From: a virus
IMG/VR virus record: IMGVR_UViG_3300025070_000019
Coordinates: 1-64,000 of that record
DNA: 64,000 bases
Reading direction: 5' to 3' (one strand)
The notes beneath the pieces were generated by a model. That model saw nothing but the letters and a program-made list of their open reading frames with translations. It was not told the DNA's origin and ran no database searches. The translations under genes were made by a program, and so were the position numbers. Shown here piece after piece: positions 1 through 9,466 of this stretch (position 1 is the stretch's first letter; every line of letters begins with the position of its first letter).

Positions 1-1
1 T

Positions 2-55
2 ACCTTATTAAAACCCTATATTGAACCTTATTAAAACCCTATATACCTTATTAAA
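2..55 (+). repeat. short direct repeats ACCTTATTAAAACCCTATAT (2 full copies + 1 partial)
   Basis: Copies at 2-21 and 25-44, partial at 45-55; may continue left of the window. Confidence 0.8.
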
Positions 56-146
56 GCACTAGTTAAGTTTATTTGAGTATTATGTTGTTTTATTAATTAT
101 TGGAGATAATCAATTGTATTTATTGAAGTTTTTAAATTGTGAATTA

Positions 147-175
147 AAATGCCATTCTTTAGGAGAATGGCATTT
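147..175. other. perfect 12-bp inverted repeat (hairpin)
   Basis: AAATGCCATTCT-ttagg-AGAATGGCATTT in the non-coding leader. Confidence 0.7.
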
Positions 176-407
176 CATCTATGGTTTATTACAATTGCAA
201 GGCATTAATTATGAATCGTTTACAAGAGTGAGTGATTTTAGTTATTGCTTTAAGTTTAATTGTAATTATTAATTTTTCGTAAGTTATTGAAATCTAAGTG
301 GTTCTTATAAAAAGAAAAAGGGGCGCGCGATTTTAATACACATTAACTTTAGATCATTCGAATCAAACGAATGGTTTGTTCTATTTTTCGAAAGGATAGA
401 AAACATT

Positions 408-806
408 ATGAGATGTAACATTACATTAGAAGAGAATGGAAACAGTGTAAGCTTTCAAGGAGAGATTACATTTCCTAAATTGCTAGCTGCTTTGAATGCA
501 GCTAGCCAATTGTTTGACGAGGAGAAAACTGTTGTAGAAGTTATTCCTGAAGTTAAGGAGATTATTATTCCTGAGACATTAGAAGAAAGTATTAAATATG
601 CTAAGAAGTTAGGATATAAGAATATAGACAAAAATAATTTTAATTCTGCACATAAGGTAACTAATGAAATGCCTCGATTTGTAAAGAGTTTGGGGTTACC
701 AGGATTTATAACTTGGTATCGTAATATTGAGAAAGAAAAAAAACCCGCACGTCGAGTAAAAGACGTGAGTTTACATCGTTATTTTGATGCTGCGAAAAAT
801 GTCTAA
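408..806 (+). CDS. hypothetical protein
   Basis: ORF with AAAGGA RBS; TAATG coupling to next gene. Confidence 0.7.
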   Translation: MRCNITLEENGNSVSFQGEITFPKLLAALNAASQLFDEEKTVVEVIPEVKEIIIPETLEESIKYAKKLGYKNIDKNNFNSAHKVTNEMPRFVKSLGLPGFITWYRNIEKEKKPARRVKDVSLHRYFDAAKNV

Positions 807-1006
807 TGTATTATTTATTAGCACAAGAATATTTAAATGGAATTTTGTTAGATAATTGGATGATTAAAAATCCAATTACTGGTAAGAATCACATATATGA
901 TAATTTTTCATTAGCTTTTAGTGATAGCAAAAAGTATTGTCATGAAACTCACAATAGGGAAGTAAGGGTAATTGTAGTACATTCTAAGACAAAAATAGAA
1001 AGCTAA
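806..1006 (+). CDS. hypothetical protein
   Basis: Translationally coupled ORF. Confidence 0.6.
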   Translation: MYYLLAQEYLNGILLDNWMIKNPITGKNHIYDNFSLAFSDSKKYCHETHNREVRVIVVHSKTKIES

Positions 1007-1007
1007 T

Positions 1008-1763
1008 ATGAGTTATTTTTTTGATTATTTAAAAGATTATAATAATTGGATTACAATTTGGATTATTATGATGTTTTTGATTTCAAGTTTACTTTTTTTA
1101 TTAAAAAAAACTAATGAAATAACACTTGAAAGAACATATTTATTTACTGTTTTCTTATACATTCTTTTTGATTTGTCTCAATCAGACTATTCTGAAATGT
1201 TATATAATGATTTTGAAGGTTATGTTTGGCTATTAAGTTTCATTTGGTCACTATTTGTTTTAACTTTTATTTTAGTAATTCCTCCTACTATTTTTTTAGG
1301 TTTAATTGCATTTATTATATCTATTTTTCATTGTATTATTATATTCTTAAAAGCAGCTGTACTGGGTGTTAGCGTAGATGATGTAGAAGTAATAGGTATG
1401 TCTAATATTTATTATGAAAAGAAAAGCAAAAAAGAAACATATAATAAATTTATAAGCTTGGTAGAAGATTTAATTAAACTTGAATTAAAACACTATCCAA
1501 ATAACTCAGAAAAGATAAATGAGTCTTATAGAGATATAAAAAGAAATTATTACAATAATCCTTCTTACTATTGGAATTATATTGAAGAACGAGCAAGTTA
1601 TTTAAAATCAATACAAACAGTTTCAGATAAAGAGGTTTTATTAAAAGCAAGAAATGAGCTTTATAGGTTAAGTAAATCAAGTAAACAATCTAAAGAGTTT
1701 ATACAAGGTGTTAATAGAGTTATTAATATAATTAATATCCTTGAAAAGAAGATAAAACAGTAA
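1008..1763 (+). CDS. membrane protein (3-4 N-terminal TM helices)
   Basis: Hydrophobic N-terminal stretches. Confidence 0.65.
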   Translation: MSYFFDYLKDYNNWITIWIIMMFLISSLLFLLKKTNEITLERTYLFTVFLYILFDLSQSDYSEMLYNDFEGYVWLLSFIWSLFVLTFILVIPPTIFLGLIAFIISIFHCIIIFLKAAVLGVSVDDVEVIGMSNIYYEKKSKKETYNKFISLVEDLIKLELKHYPNNSEKINESYRDIKRNYYNNPSYYWNYIEERASYLKSIQTVSDKEVLLKARNELYRLSKSSKQSKEFIQGVNRVINIINILEKKIKQ

Positions 1764-1805
1764 TATATACTCAAAGTTATTTTAAATAAAGAGAATGTAT
1801 TTGTT

Positions 1806-2099
1806 ATGAAGTTAAAACATTTGTATATAATTCAGAGTAATTTAGAAGGAAAAATAAAGATAGGCCGCTCAATTCACCCTTATAAAAGGTTAAAACAATT
1901 GCAAACTGGTAATCCTAATAAATTGCGAATGATCCATGTTTTTGAGAACATGGGTCATCTTGAGAGTTATTTACATGATGCTTTGAGTTTATTTAGGTTA
2001 TGTGGCGAATGGTTTAGTTATAAGTGTATAGGTAGTATTCCTGTTAATTTATATGAACAAATTGAATTCGGTGCATTTGATGATTGGTGGAAAGAGTGA
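1806..2099 (+). CDS. GIY-YIG-like T5orf172/MUG113 family protein
   Basis: LYII...IKIGRS..P.KRLKQLQTGNP...E..LH...GEWF. Confidence 0.85.
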   Translation: MKLKHLYIIQSNLEGKIKIGRSIHPYKRLKQLQTGNPNKLRMIHVFENMGHLESYLHDALSLFRLCGEWFSYKCIGSIPVNLYEQIEFGAFDDWWKE

Positions 2100-2476
2100 A
2101 GTTTTTAATTTTATTAATATTTTTTTTAATTGGATGCGCAGATCAATCTGATTTGCAGGAAAAAAATGATTATACATTTTTATATTCTGTAACTAGTTGT
2201 TTTTATCCATTAAAACACTATGAAACATTTGATTATTTAATAAGTGAAGAAGACAATATTACTTACTTAAATAAATGTGAGTATGATTTAAACTATCGTG
2301 TAATTCGAGAAAATAAATATGATTTTCTTCAAGGCACTCCCAATGATGATCATTTAATAGGTTATAATAGATATGAATATAAAGATGAAAAAGTAATTGT
2401 TTCTTTTCATGATATGATTCAAGGTCATCCTAACAATGATTATTGGATTAGAGAAACAACTTATTATGTCGAATAA
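2084..2476 (+). CDS. putative lipoprotein
   Basis: Hydrophobic signal followed by LIGC lipobox. Confidence 0.55.
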   Translation: MVERVKFLILLIFFLIGCADQSDLQEKNDYTFLYSVTSCFYPLKHYETFDYLISEEDNITYLNKCEYDLNYRVIRENKYDFLQGTPNDDHLIGYNRYEYKDEKVIVSFHDMIQGHPNNDYWIRETTYYVE

Positions 2477-2681
2477 AGTAGATCATCCTAATCATTATCG
2501 TAGTGATAGTGGTATAGAAGCTATTGATGCAATTGAGGCCTGGGGCCTTAATTTTAATTTAGGCAATGTTATTAAGTATACATGTCGTGCAGGTTTGAAA
2601 GAAAATCATTTAGAAGATTTAAAAAAAGCCGCGTGGTATTTAGAAAGAGAAATAAATAATGTTGAAGGAAGTAAAAAGTAA
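2436..2681 (+). CDS. DUF3310 family phage protein (probable start near 2466)
   Basis: VDHPNHY...EAIDAI...FNLGNVIKY..RAG.K...EDLKKAAWYL. Confidence 0.85.
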   Translation: MIIGLEKQLIMSNKVDHPNHYRSDSGIEAIDAIEAWGLNFNLGNVIKYTCRAGLKENHLEDLKKAAWYLEREINNVEGSKK

Positions 2682-3066
2682 ACTATTTAAAAATTATATT
2701 TTAAAAAAACTTATATTTTTAAATCAAGAAATAAACTTAAAAACAAATGATTTGATTTTTCTTCATTACCTTGCAAAAGAAAAAAAAGAAAATAACAATT
2801 TTTTAATTGTTGAAAAATACGAAGAAGATTTAAATAATTTCTTAAATAATTATTTTAAACAATTACAATTAATAACTTTAGAAAAAAGTTCTATTTTATA
2901 TTCTTTAGTTGATCCTACTTTATTTTTAAAATTATTTAATGACTTATCTTTACCTTTTTCTAACGATTTAAAACAATTTTTAGATGAACAACTCCATCAA
3001 GCTAATTGTTGGCTTGAAGAAACGCATCAAGAACAATACCCATTTTATTGGGAGAAAGTTAATTAA
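2659..3066 (+). CDS. hypothetical protein
   Basis: ORF in operon. Confidence 0.55.
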   Translation: MLKEVKSKLFKNYILKKLIFLNQEINLKTNDLIFLHYLAKEKKENNNFLIVEKYEEDLNNFLNNYFKQLQLITLEKSSILYSLVDPTLFLKLFNDLSLPFSNDLKQFLDEQLHQANCWLEETHQEQYPFYWEKVN

Positions 3067-3068
3067 TC

Positions 3069-3353
3069 ATGGCTTTATTAGACTATATTATCTTTGTATT
3101 TGGTATTTATGGAATTGCGTGGACAATAACTCAATCAAAGTTATTGTCTAAACCAGTATCTTTTTTACAAGAAAAAAGTTCATTTTTAAACGAAATGTTA
3201 AGTTGTATAGTCTGTACAAGTTTTTGGGTTAGCATACCCTTTTGTTATCTGTATTTTGTTAGTGAGCTTTGGTTCACTAAAGTATTAATCTGTTTTTCAC
3301 AAGTATCATTTACATGGATGCTTGCATTATTTTTAGGAGACTTAGATGAATAA
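3069..3353 (+). CDS. DUF1360-like membrane protein
   Basis: TM helices with LSCIVCTSFW motif. Confidence 0.6.
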   Translation: MALLDYIIFVFGIYGIAWTITQSKLLSKPVSFLQEKSSFLNEMLSCIVCTSFWVSIPFCYLYFVSELWFTKVLICFSQVSFTWMLALFLGDLDE

Positions 3354-3786
3354 TGAATCTGTAGTTTTAAGTAATATTCATAGTAATTTTGCAAATAATT
3401 TTATTAAAAAAAAATCTGGCCCTTATAAAGAACATTTACAAGTTGTTTATATTATTAGAGGCATTTACTGCATTATGTTTAAAAAAGGCGTTTTGCGAAA
3501 CGGAAAAGAATTAAATCATACTAACAACAAAACTAAGCTTGCTTATGAATTTACCAATGCATGTCATGAATTTGGTTTAAAACATTGTATTCGTTATCAA
3601 GTTGACGGATATAATGGAATTTATCTTTATTTAAATACTTGGGACTCAAATAGAGATATTAAACAAGCAAAAGAGTATGCTTCAAAAAAACAAGCAGCTG
3701 CTGCTGTTGGTTATCCAGAAGCTGATAGCTGGGAAGAAGTTCAAGGTATGATGGAACATGATGACTATTTTAATAATAAGGATTAA
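3346..3786 (+). CDS. hypothetical protein
   Basis: ORF in operon. Confidence 0.6.
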   Translation: MNNESVVLSNIHSNFANNFIKKKSGPYKEHLQVVYIIRGIYCIMFKKGVLRNGKELNHTNNKTKLAYEFTNACHEFGLKHCIRYQVDGYNGIYLYLNTWDSNRDIKQAKEYASKKQAAAAVGYPEADSWEEVQGMMEHDDYFNNKD

Positions 3787-3788
3787 AA

Positions 3789-4856
3789 ATGTATATTAAC
3801 AATAATGTAGATGCTGTAATTGGTTTACAGTATGGTGATGAAGGTAAAGGTAAAATAACAGCTGGTGTTCTTAGTCAAGTAAATTATGATATAACAGCGC
3901 GATTTAATGGTGGACCAAATGCTGGTCATTCTATACATAAAGAGAATGGCGCACATTATGCATTACATCAATTACCATCCTCTGTCGTCTACGGACAAAG
4001 AGGACTTATTGGTCCAGGTTCTGCTGTTGACTTTCACAAACTAAATAAAGAAATTAAAGAAGTAAATGCTATAGAAGATTTAAATGTTAAAAATCTTTTG
4101 CATGTTGCTAGAAACATTTGCCCTATAAAAAATAGACATATTGAGGTTGACAGAAACTTTCATGCAGGAATGCAAGGCAGCACTTCATCTGGTATTGCTC
4201 CTGCTTATAGTGATTTTTACAACAGAACTAATGAAAGCAATAATCAGCAATACTTACCACCTCCATTAACAGTTGACAACATGTTACTTGAAGGTGCACA
4301 AGGTTTTTACCTTGATATTTATCATGGACAATACCCTTATGTAACAAGTAGTCACATATCTCCTGCATTTGCAGCAGCTAGTTTTGGATTTTCACCTAAG
4401 AAAATCCGCAACATTATTGGTGTTGCAAAATGCTATGAAACCAGATCAGGTAAAGATCCTTATTTTGATTACTTAATGGATGATATGGGGGTATTGAAAA
4501 AGCAAAAAGGTTTTAATTTTTCATTTGAAGACATTTATGAAGACATACAAAAAACAGGTCATGAATTTGGTGTAACTACAGGAAGAAAACGTCAGATACG
4601 TTTTCTTGATGTAAGTCGTTTGATTCACAGTATTAATGCTACTGGCACTACTCATGTAGTAATTAACAAATGGGACATTTTAGAAAAACTAGATGCTTGT
4701 TGTTACTTTTATAATACTAATTTATTTGTATGTGATAAAGAATCAATGTTTCCTGAAGTGGAAGCATTGATTTATGCTTATTGTAAAGATGTAAAAAAGG
4801 TATTTTATAGTGCATCTAAAACTAATGATATTGATTGGAAGTGGTTAAATGATTGA
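3789..4856 (+). CDS. purA: adenylosuccinate synthetase (short form)
   Basis: GLQYGDEGKGK, GGPNAGHS, LEGAQG, YPYVTSS, GVTTGRKR, NKWD. Confidence 0.95.
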   Translation: MYINNNVDAVIGLQYGDEGKGKITAGVLSQVNYDITARFNGGPNAGHSIHKENGAHYALHQLPSSVVYGQRGLIGPGSAVDFHKLNKEIKEVNAIEDLNVKNLLHVARNICPIKNRHIEVDRNFHAGMQGSTSSGIAPAYSDFYNRTNESNNQQYLPPPLTVDNMLLEGAQGFYLDIYHGQYPYVTSSHISPAFAAASFGFSPKKIRNIIGVAKCYETRSGKDPYFDYLMDDMGVLKKQKGFNFSFEDIYEDIQKTGHEFGVTTGRKRQIRFLDVSRLIHSINATGTTHVVINKWDILEKLDACCYFYNTNLFVCDKESMFPEVEALIYAYCKDVKKVFYSASKTNDIDWKWLND

Positions 4857-5949
4857 AAGATATTCTGATCCTCTAGTAAAGTGCTTATGGGGAGATAAAA
4901 TTAGATATAGTCTTTATATAAGTTACAGCTTGAGATATTTAGAATATTTTCTAGGAAAGCCTGTTGAAGTTGATATAGAAGCTTCAGTAAGTGAAATAAA
5001 ACAAATTGAAAAAGAAACTAAACACGAATTAGTTGCTGTACTCAAATATATTGATTTACATTTAGAAGATAATTATGAACTAGCAAAATATTTACATTAT
5101 GGATTAACATCTAGCGATGTATTAGATACTATTTCTAGTTATCAAATTAAATCGTGTTTAGATTGGGTCATTAAATTAATAGATAAAATACTTAATGAAA
5201 ATTATAAATGGCCTGGTCAAATTGCTGGTAGAACTCATGGTCAATATGCAGAGATAGTTCATCTACACAATAGATTGCTTTTATTTTTAAATGAACTAAA
5301 GACATGTAAGAAAGAATTAAAAAGAGCTGCCGACAGTTTACAAGGCAAAGCACATGGACCTACAGGTCAATATAAGTGGCCTGGTCAAACTAGATTTATA
5401 CAATCTTGGGATCTTAAAATCCCTAAGATTGTAACTCAAGTTATACCTCGTCATGAATATATAGACTTTATGGTTGCATTAACTAAAACTGCTTCAATTA
5501 TAGAAAGATTTGCTACACAAATTAGATTATCTGCTTTATCTGGTATTGATGAAATCTCAGAAATAAAAAGTCAATATCAATGCGGTTCATCTGCTATGCC
5601 TCACAAAAACAATCCTATATTAAGTGAAAATTTATGCGGACTAGCAAGATTAGTAAGAAGCAATCTTGCTGTATCTTTTGAAAATGTATCTTTATGGCAT
5701 GAAAGAGATATGAGTCATTCCTCTACAGAAAGAGTCATTTGGGAAGACTCTTTTCATTTGGTTTCTTTCATGTTGCAAAGAGTTAAAGTTATATTAGATA
5801 ATTTAAGTATAAATCATAAAAAGAATAATGAAGTAATTAATGAGAATTTAGATAAATTACAAAGTCATGAAAATATGTTAAAAAAGATAATAAATGGGCA
5901 AAGCACAAGAATGGAAATTTATACTAATGAGTTAAGTAAGTTTAGATAA
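4849..5949 (+). CDS. purB: adenylosuccinate lyase
   Basis: HYGLTSSD, GRTHGQ, GSSAMPHKNNP, LWHERDMSHSSTER. Confidence 0.95.
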   Translation: MIERYSDPLVKCLWGDKIRYSLYISYSLRYLEYFLGKPVEVDIEASVSEIKQIEKETKHELVAVLKYIDLHLEDNYELAKYLHYGLTSSDVLDTISSYQIKSCLDWVIKLIDKILNENYKWPGQIAGRTHGQYAEIVHLHNRLLLFLNELKTCKKELKRAADSLQGKAHGPTGQYKWPGQTRFIQSWDLKIPKIVTQVIPRHEYIDFMVALTKTASIIERFATQIRLSALSGIDEISEIKSQYQCGSSAMPHKNNPILSENLCGLARLVRSNLAVSFENVSLWHERDMSHSSTERVIWEDSFHLVSFMLQRVKVILDNLSINHKKNNEVINENLDKLQSHENMLKKIINGQSTRMEIYTNELSKFR

Positions 5950-6216
5950 AATATCGATAATACGTTCTTCAATATCATCTAATCTTTCTTTTAACTTTTC
6001 AGTTAATTTATCATAATCATTTATTTTGTTTTGCATTTCACTATAATCTTTTTCTCCTTGTGTAATACGTAATTTTTCTATTTCATTATCTTCGTCCAGC
6101 TTTTTCAATTTAAAACCAAAATATTGTTTAATAAATAATGTACCTACAACTGTAAAAGCAACTACCCAAGGACCTGCAGACTCTATCATTTTTAATGTTT
6201 CAGGTGAAAAATCCAT
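5932..6216 (-). CDS. single-TM coiled-coil membrane protein
   Basis: AAGGAG RBS on minus strand; N-terminal TM then charged coiled coil. Confidence 0.7.
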   Translation of the reverse strand: MDFSPETLKMIESAGPWVVAFTVVGTLFIKQYFGFKLKKLDEDNEIEKLRITQGEKDYSEMQNKINDYDKLTEKLKERLDDIEERIIDILSKLT

Positions 6217-6288
6217 ATTATTACTCCTTTATATAGTGATTACTAATTATATTTGTTATAAACTTATAATTCAATTGAAAGGTAAAAT

Positions 6289-6465
6289 ATGAAAGATCTA
6301 GTAAGTAAAAAAAGATACAAAGAAAGAATAAAAATATGTCAAACTTGTGAATATTGGGATTCACAACTTAATCGTTGCAAAAAATGCGGTTGTTTCTTAT
6401 TATTAAAAGCTGCATTATCGATTACTAAATGCCCAGAAAACAAATGGCCTAAAGAAAATGTATAA
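6289..6465 (+). CDS. small Cys-rich protein (DUF6171-like), absent from ORF track
   Basis: MKDLVSKKRYKERIKICQTCEYWDSQLNRCKKCGCFLLLKAALSITKCPENKWPKENV; AAAGG RBS. Confidence 0.8.
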   Translation: MKDLVSKKRYKERIKICQTCEYWDSQLNRCKKCGCFLLLKAALSITKCPENKWPKENV

Positions 6466-6676
6466 ACTTTACTTATTAGAAAAAGTAGATAATGAAATAA
6501 ACGAAACAGAAATACAATCTTTTGAAAATGAATCTTTAACATTTTATTCAAAGCAAGATGCTCAAAATTATTTTAATAATAATTTTGACATAACATTATC
6601 TGAATGGAACACAAACTACATGTATGAATCTGTACACTTAGAACATTACTTTAAAATAGTAATTAAAGAATGTTGA
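6458..6676 (+). CDS. hypothetical protein
   Basis: ORF overlapping previous stop. Confidence 0.55.
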   Translation: MYKLYLLEKVDNEINETEIQSFENESLTFYSKQDAQNYFNNNFDITLSEWNTNYMYESVHLEHYFKIVIKEC

Positions 6677-6774
6677 CATATAAACTATACATGTTAGATA
6701 TAAAAAGTACCTCCTTATGTGCGAGTGTTGCAAGTTGAGTTACCCCTGCCTTTTCTACTTAACTTGTAACATTT

Positions 6775-6848
6775 GGGCCTTTAGCTCAGTTGGTCAGAGC
6801 ACTCGTCTCATAAACGAGTCGTCCTGGGTTCAAGTCCCAGAAGGCCCA
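6775..6848 (+). tRNA. tRNA with CAT anticodon (tRNA-Ile2-like; Met not excluded), CCA not encoded
   Basis: Acceptor GGGCCTT/AAGGCCC, D arm GCTC/GAGC, anticodon arm CTCGT-CTCATAA-ACGAG, T arm CTGGG-TTCAAGT-CCCAG. Confidence 0.95.
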
Positions 6849-6867
6849 TTATTAAAAAGGATATACT

Positions 6868-7224
6868 ATGTCTCAATATTGCGATTTACCACCCACAAAT
6901 AACTATGCTAAATCAAGAAGATGGTTAGTATCAGATCTTTGGAAAGACTCTGATACTATGCAATCTTATGAAGAAGATGTAGATCGTTTATGGGAGTTGT
7001 ACAAAAATCGTTTTTGTTGGACATTATATGGTGAAGAAATAGATAATGAATTCTTTTTAGATCATATGAAAAGGATTCTTATGGCAGATTTAAATTATGC
7101 TATAATTTTAACTGAAGAAGATTATATTATGGATGGCGTACATAGACTATTAAAATGCAAATATTTAGGCAGAAAGAAAATTCTATGCGTCAAATTCAAA
7201 AAAGATCCTCCTTCAATAAAATAA
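6868..7224 (+). CDS. ParB/Srx-like N-terminal domain protein
   Basis: AIIL...IMDGVHRLLK motif. Confidence 0.65.
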   Translation: MSQYCDLPPTNNYAKSRRWLVSDLWKDSDTMQSYEEDVDRLWELYKNRFCWTLYGEEIDNEFFLDHMKRILMADLNYAIILTEEDYIMDGVHRLLKCKYLGRKKILCVKFKKDPPSIK

Positions 7225-7907
7225 TTCTCTCTCCACCATATAGTAATATCCTATTTTATAAAAACACTACACCTATATTAGGTACATATACGAAGAATAG
7301 AAGACCAGGTAGACAAAGAGTATTTACAACTTTAAGAAAAGCTAAAGACGGCTGGTATAATAAAAGTGGTTTAAAAAACCCTGGCATTGAAAACTTGATC
7401 TATCGTAAAAATGCAATTTATAGCATTGCATTGCTTAAAAATAATGACTGGCATTTAATAAGAGATGTTTTAGTTGAAAAAAACATCTCATCTATTGAAT
7501 TCAATGTAAGTTGTCCTAATCATCAAGTGCAACTTTTAAATCCTAGTATTATTTGTCAAGCTAAGTATTGTTTTGAAAATGTAATAATAAAAATGCCTCA
7601 TCAAACTAATCTTAGATTTATAGAAGATTATATAGAAGAAGGTATTAATATTGTACATATATCAAATACAAAACCTACTGATAAAGGGGCTTTGTCAGGC
7701 AAACAATTAGTTTATAATAATTTAAAACTAATTGAAAAATTAAAAGAAAAATATCCTTACATAAGGGTCATAGGAGGTGGAGGTATCTATGATATAGATA
7801 CCCTAAAAAGCTATGAATCTGCAGGTGCTGATCATTTTTCTTTATCAACTGTATTACTTACTCCAATCAAAACTAAAAACCTTATAAAGGAATATTATAA
7901 TGAATAA
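7155..7907 (+). CDS. pyrD: dihydroorotate dehydrogenase-like protein
   Basis: N.SGLKNPG, EFNVSCPN, SNT, GALSG, IGGGGI, AGAD. Confidence 0.85.
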   Translation: MQIFRQKENSMRQIQKRSSFNKIILSPPYSNILFYKNTTPILGTYTKNRRPGRQRVFTTLRKAKDGWYNKSGLKNPGIENLIYRKNAIYSIALLKNNDWHLIRDVLVEKNISSIEFNVSCPNHQVQLLNPSIICQAKYCFENVIIKMPHQTNLRFIEDYIEEGINIVHISNTKPTDKGALSGKQLVYNNLKLIEKLKEKYPYIRVIGGGGIYDIDTLKSYESAGADHFSLSTVLLTPIKTKNLIKEYYNE

Positions 7908-7940
7908 ATTGCGTTTAGACTTAGATAAGGCATAGCTTAT

Positions 7941-8195
7941 TTATTTAAATATTAATTTTGTTGGCAAAATTTCTATATGTTTATAACATGGACATATATC
8001 TGCATCTAGACCACATAAATTACATTTATTGTCATTAAAAACAACTTTAGTGAAATCTCTTGTTTCTTGAATGAAACAAGAGTCAGGTATAATGTAATAT
8101 TGATTTGAAACACCTTTATCTATTTTATTGTTAAACATAATGTTTTCCTGGTGAATGTAATGAGAAAAGATCAAACTAATAAACAATCTATACAA
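7941..8195 (-). CDS. hypothetical small Cys-containing protein (probable start near 8138)
   Basis: Fills gap between + genes; CNLC..CPC.KH. Confidence 0.4.
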   Translation of the reverse strand: MYRLFISLIFSHYIHQENIMFNNKIDKGVSNQYYIIPDSCFIQETRDFTKVVFNDNKCNLCGLDADICPCYKHIEILPTKLIFK

Positions 8196-8624
8196 GATAC
8201 TAAAGCAAAACGTGGTTGGTGGTTCTCTGTCATTTTTTTGCTAATAGTAGTAGGATTAATACTCTTTCTTACTTATGTAAAAATAGTAGATGAAAACAGA
8301 GATGTACTTGTAGGCATTTTAGGCATGATCACTGGATCTATTTCAAGTATGATGGCTATAGCTTCAGGTAGAGATCCTAGTGAGGTAGAAGAACTTAAGG
8401 ATAAACTTTCTGCTTCTGATGCAGATCGTGCTGCTTTAATTGCTAGATTACGTGACGCACAGATACAGTTGCAACTTAAAAACGAACAAGTTTTTGAGTT
8501 GCAAAATGCAGTAATCAACAAGCTTTCTGTTTTTCAAGGTCAACAACCTATAAAAACTTTAAATGAAAATCAAGTTGTTTTACATCCAGATGTAGCTACT
8601 TGGTTACCTGAAGAAAAAAAGTAA
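8151..8624 (+). CDS. 2-TM protein with C-terminal coiled coil
   Basis: Two hydrophobic helices then heptad-rich segment; 2 nt from cyclase gene. Confidence 0.75.
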   Translation: MNVMRKDQTNKQSIQDTKAKRGWWFSVIFLLIVVGLILFLTYVKIVDENRDVLVGILGMITGSISSMMAIASGRDPSEVEELKDKLSASDADRAALIARLRDAQIQLQLKNEQVFELQNAVINKLSVFQGQQPIKTLNENQVVLHPDVATWLPEEKK

Positions 8625-8626
8625 TA

Positions 8627-9466
8627 ATGTCTACTGTAGCTCAAATGACTATGCGAGAAAAACATCTTGCTATAGTTTTATTAGACTTGATAGGCAGTAC
8701 TGCTTTTGTTCAAAAAGTAGGTGCATTAAAAGCAGCTCAATGGTTACAATATCATGATAGATTAACTCGCAATCTTATTTACAGATTTAACGGTCGTGAA
8801 ATAGATCGTTCAGATGGTTTTATGCTTTCGTTTGATTCCGTAATAGATGCTGTTAATTTTGGACTTCATTATCAATCTCAAATACCTGCTAAAATTAAAC
8901 TTAATACTAGAATAGGTATACATTGGGGTAAAATTATTGAAGTACAACAAGATGATATATTTATTGATGCTGGTGCCAAACGAGTAGAACTCGAAGGTAT
9001 AGCTAAAAATATAGCTGCTAGAACAATGTCTTTATGTCAAGCAGGACAAGTCTTGCTTACGAAGGAAGCAATTAGTATAGTACGCAGAAGAACTAATATG
9101 TTTACACCTAAAGGAACGAGATATGCTTGTTTGGGTCTTTACAAGTTTAAAGGAGTAAAAGAGCCACAAGAAATATATGGAGTGGCAGTAGATATAAATT
9201 ATCTACAACCACCTCCTGGTTCCGAAAAGGTCAAACGTATTGGTGGTGCAAAAAAAATAAAAAGTAGAGCTAGAGATAGAAAACTTAAAGAATGGTTATC
9301 TTGGTTATACTATCGATTATTCTTAATATCTTTTGTATATATGAGTTATTGGTTTTTACCTTTTATTTTTAGTCCAACTGGTAGACAAATGTTTAATAAA
9401 CATTTGTTTATTATTTATTTTATTTACGATTTAATTAAAGGAGCATTTAAACATGTGTTTTTATGA
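8627..9466 (+). CDS. class III adenylate/guanylate cyclase domain protein with C-terminal TM
   Basis: LLDLIGST, DRSDGF, RIGIHWG, G.AKNIAAR, GQVLLT, YKFKGV.EP. Confidence 0.85.
   Translation: MSTVAQMTMREKHLAIVLLDLIGSTAFVQKVGALKAAQWLQYHDRLTRNLIYRFNGREIDRSDGFMLSFDSVIDAVNFGLHYQSQIPAKIKLNTRIGIHWGKIIEVQQDDIFIDAGAKRVELEGIAKNIAARTMSLCQAGQVLLTKEAISIVRRRTNMFTPKGTRYACLGLYKFKGVKEPQEIYGVAVDINYLQPPPGSEKVKRIGGAKKIKSRARDRKLKEWLSWLYYRLFLISFVYMSYWFLPFIFSPTGRQMFNKHLFIIYFIYDLIKGAFKHVFL

Noticed and set aside
3789-4856. PurZ / 2-aminoadenine (Z) genome pathway
   Set aside because: The protein keeps the PurA catalytic Asp in GDEGKGK (PurZ has Ser there) and GVTTGRKR; the MazG-like gene is unlinked and no DatZ was recognised
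6717-6902. 61-aa ORF in the track
   Set aside because: Overlaps the tRNA; spurious translation
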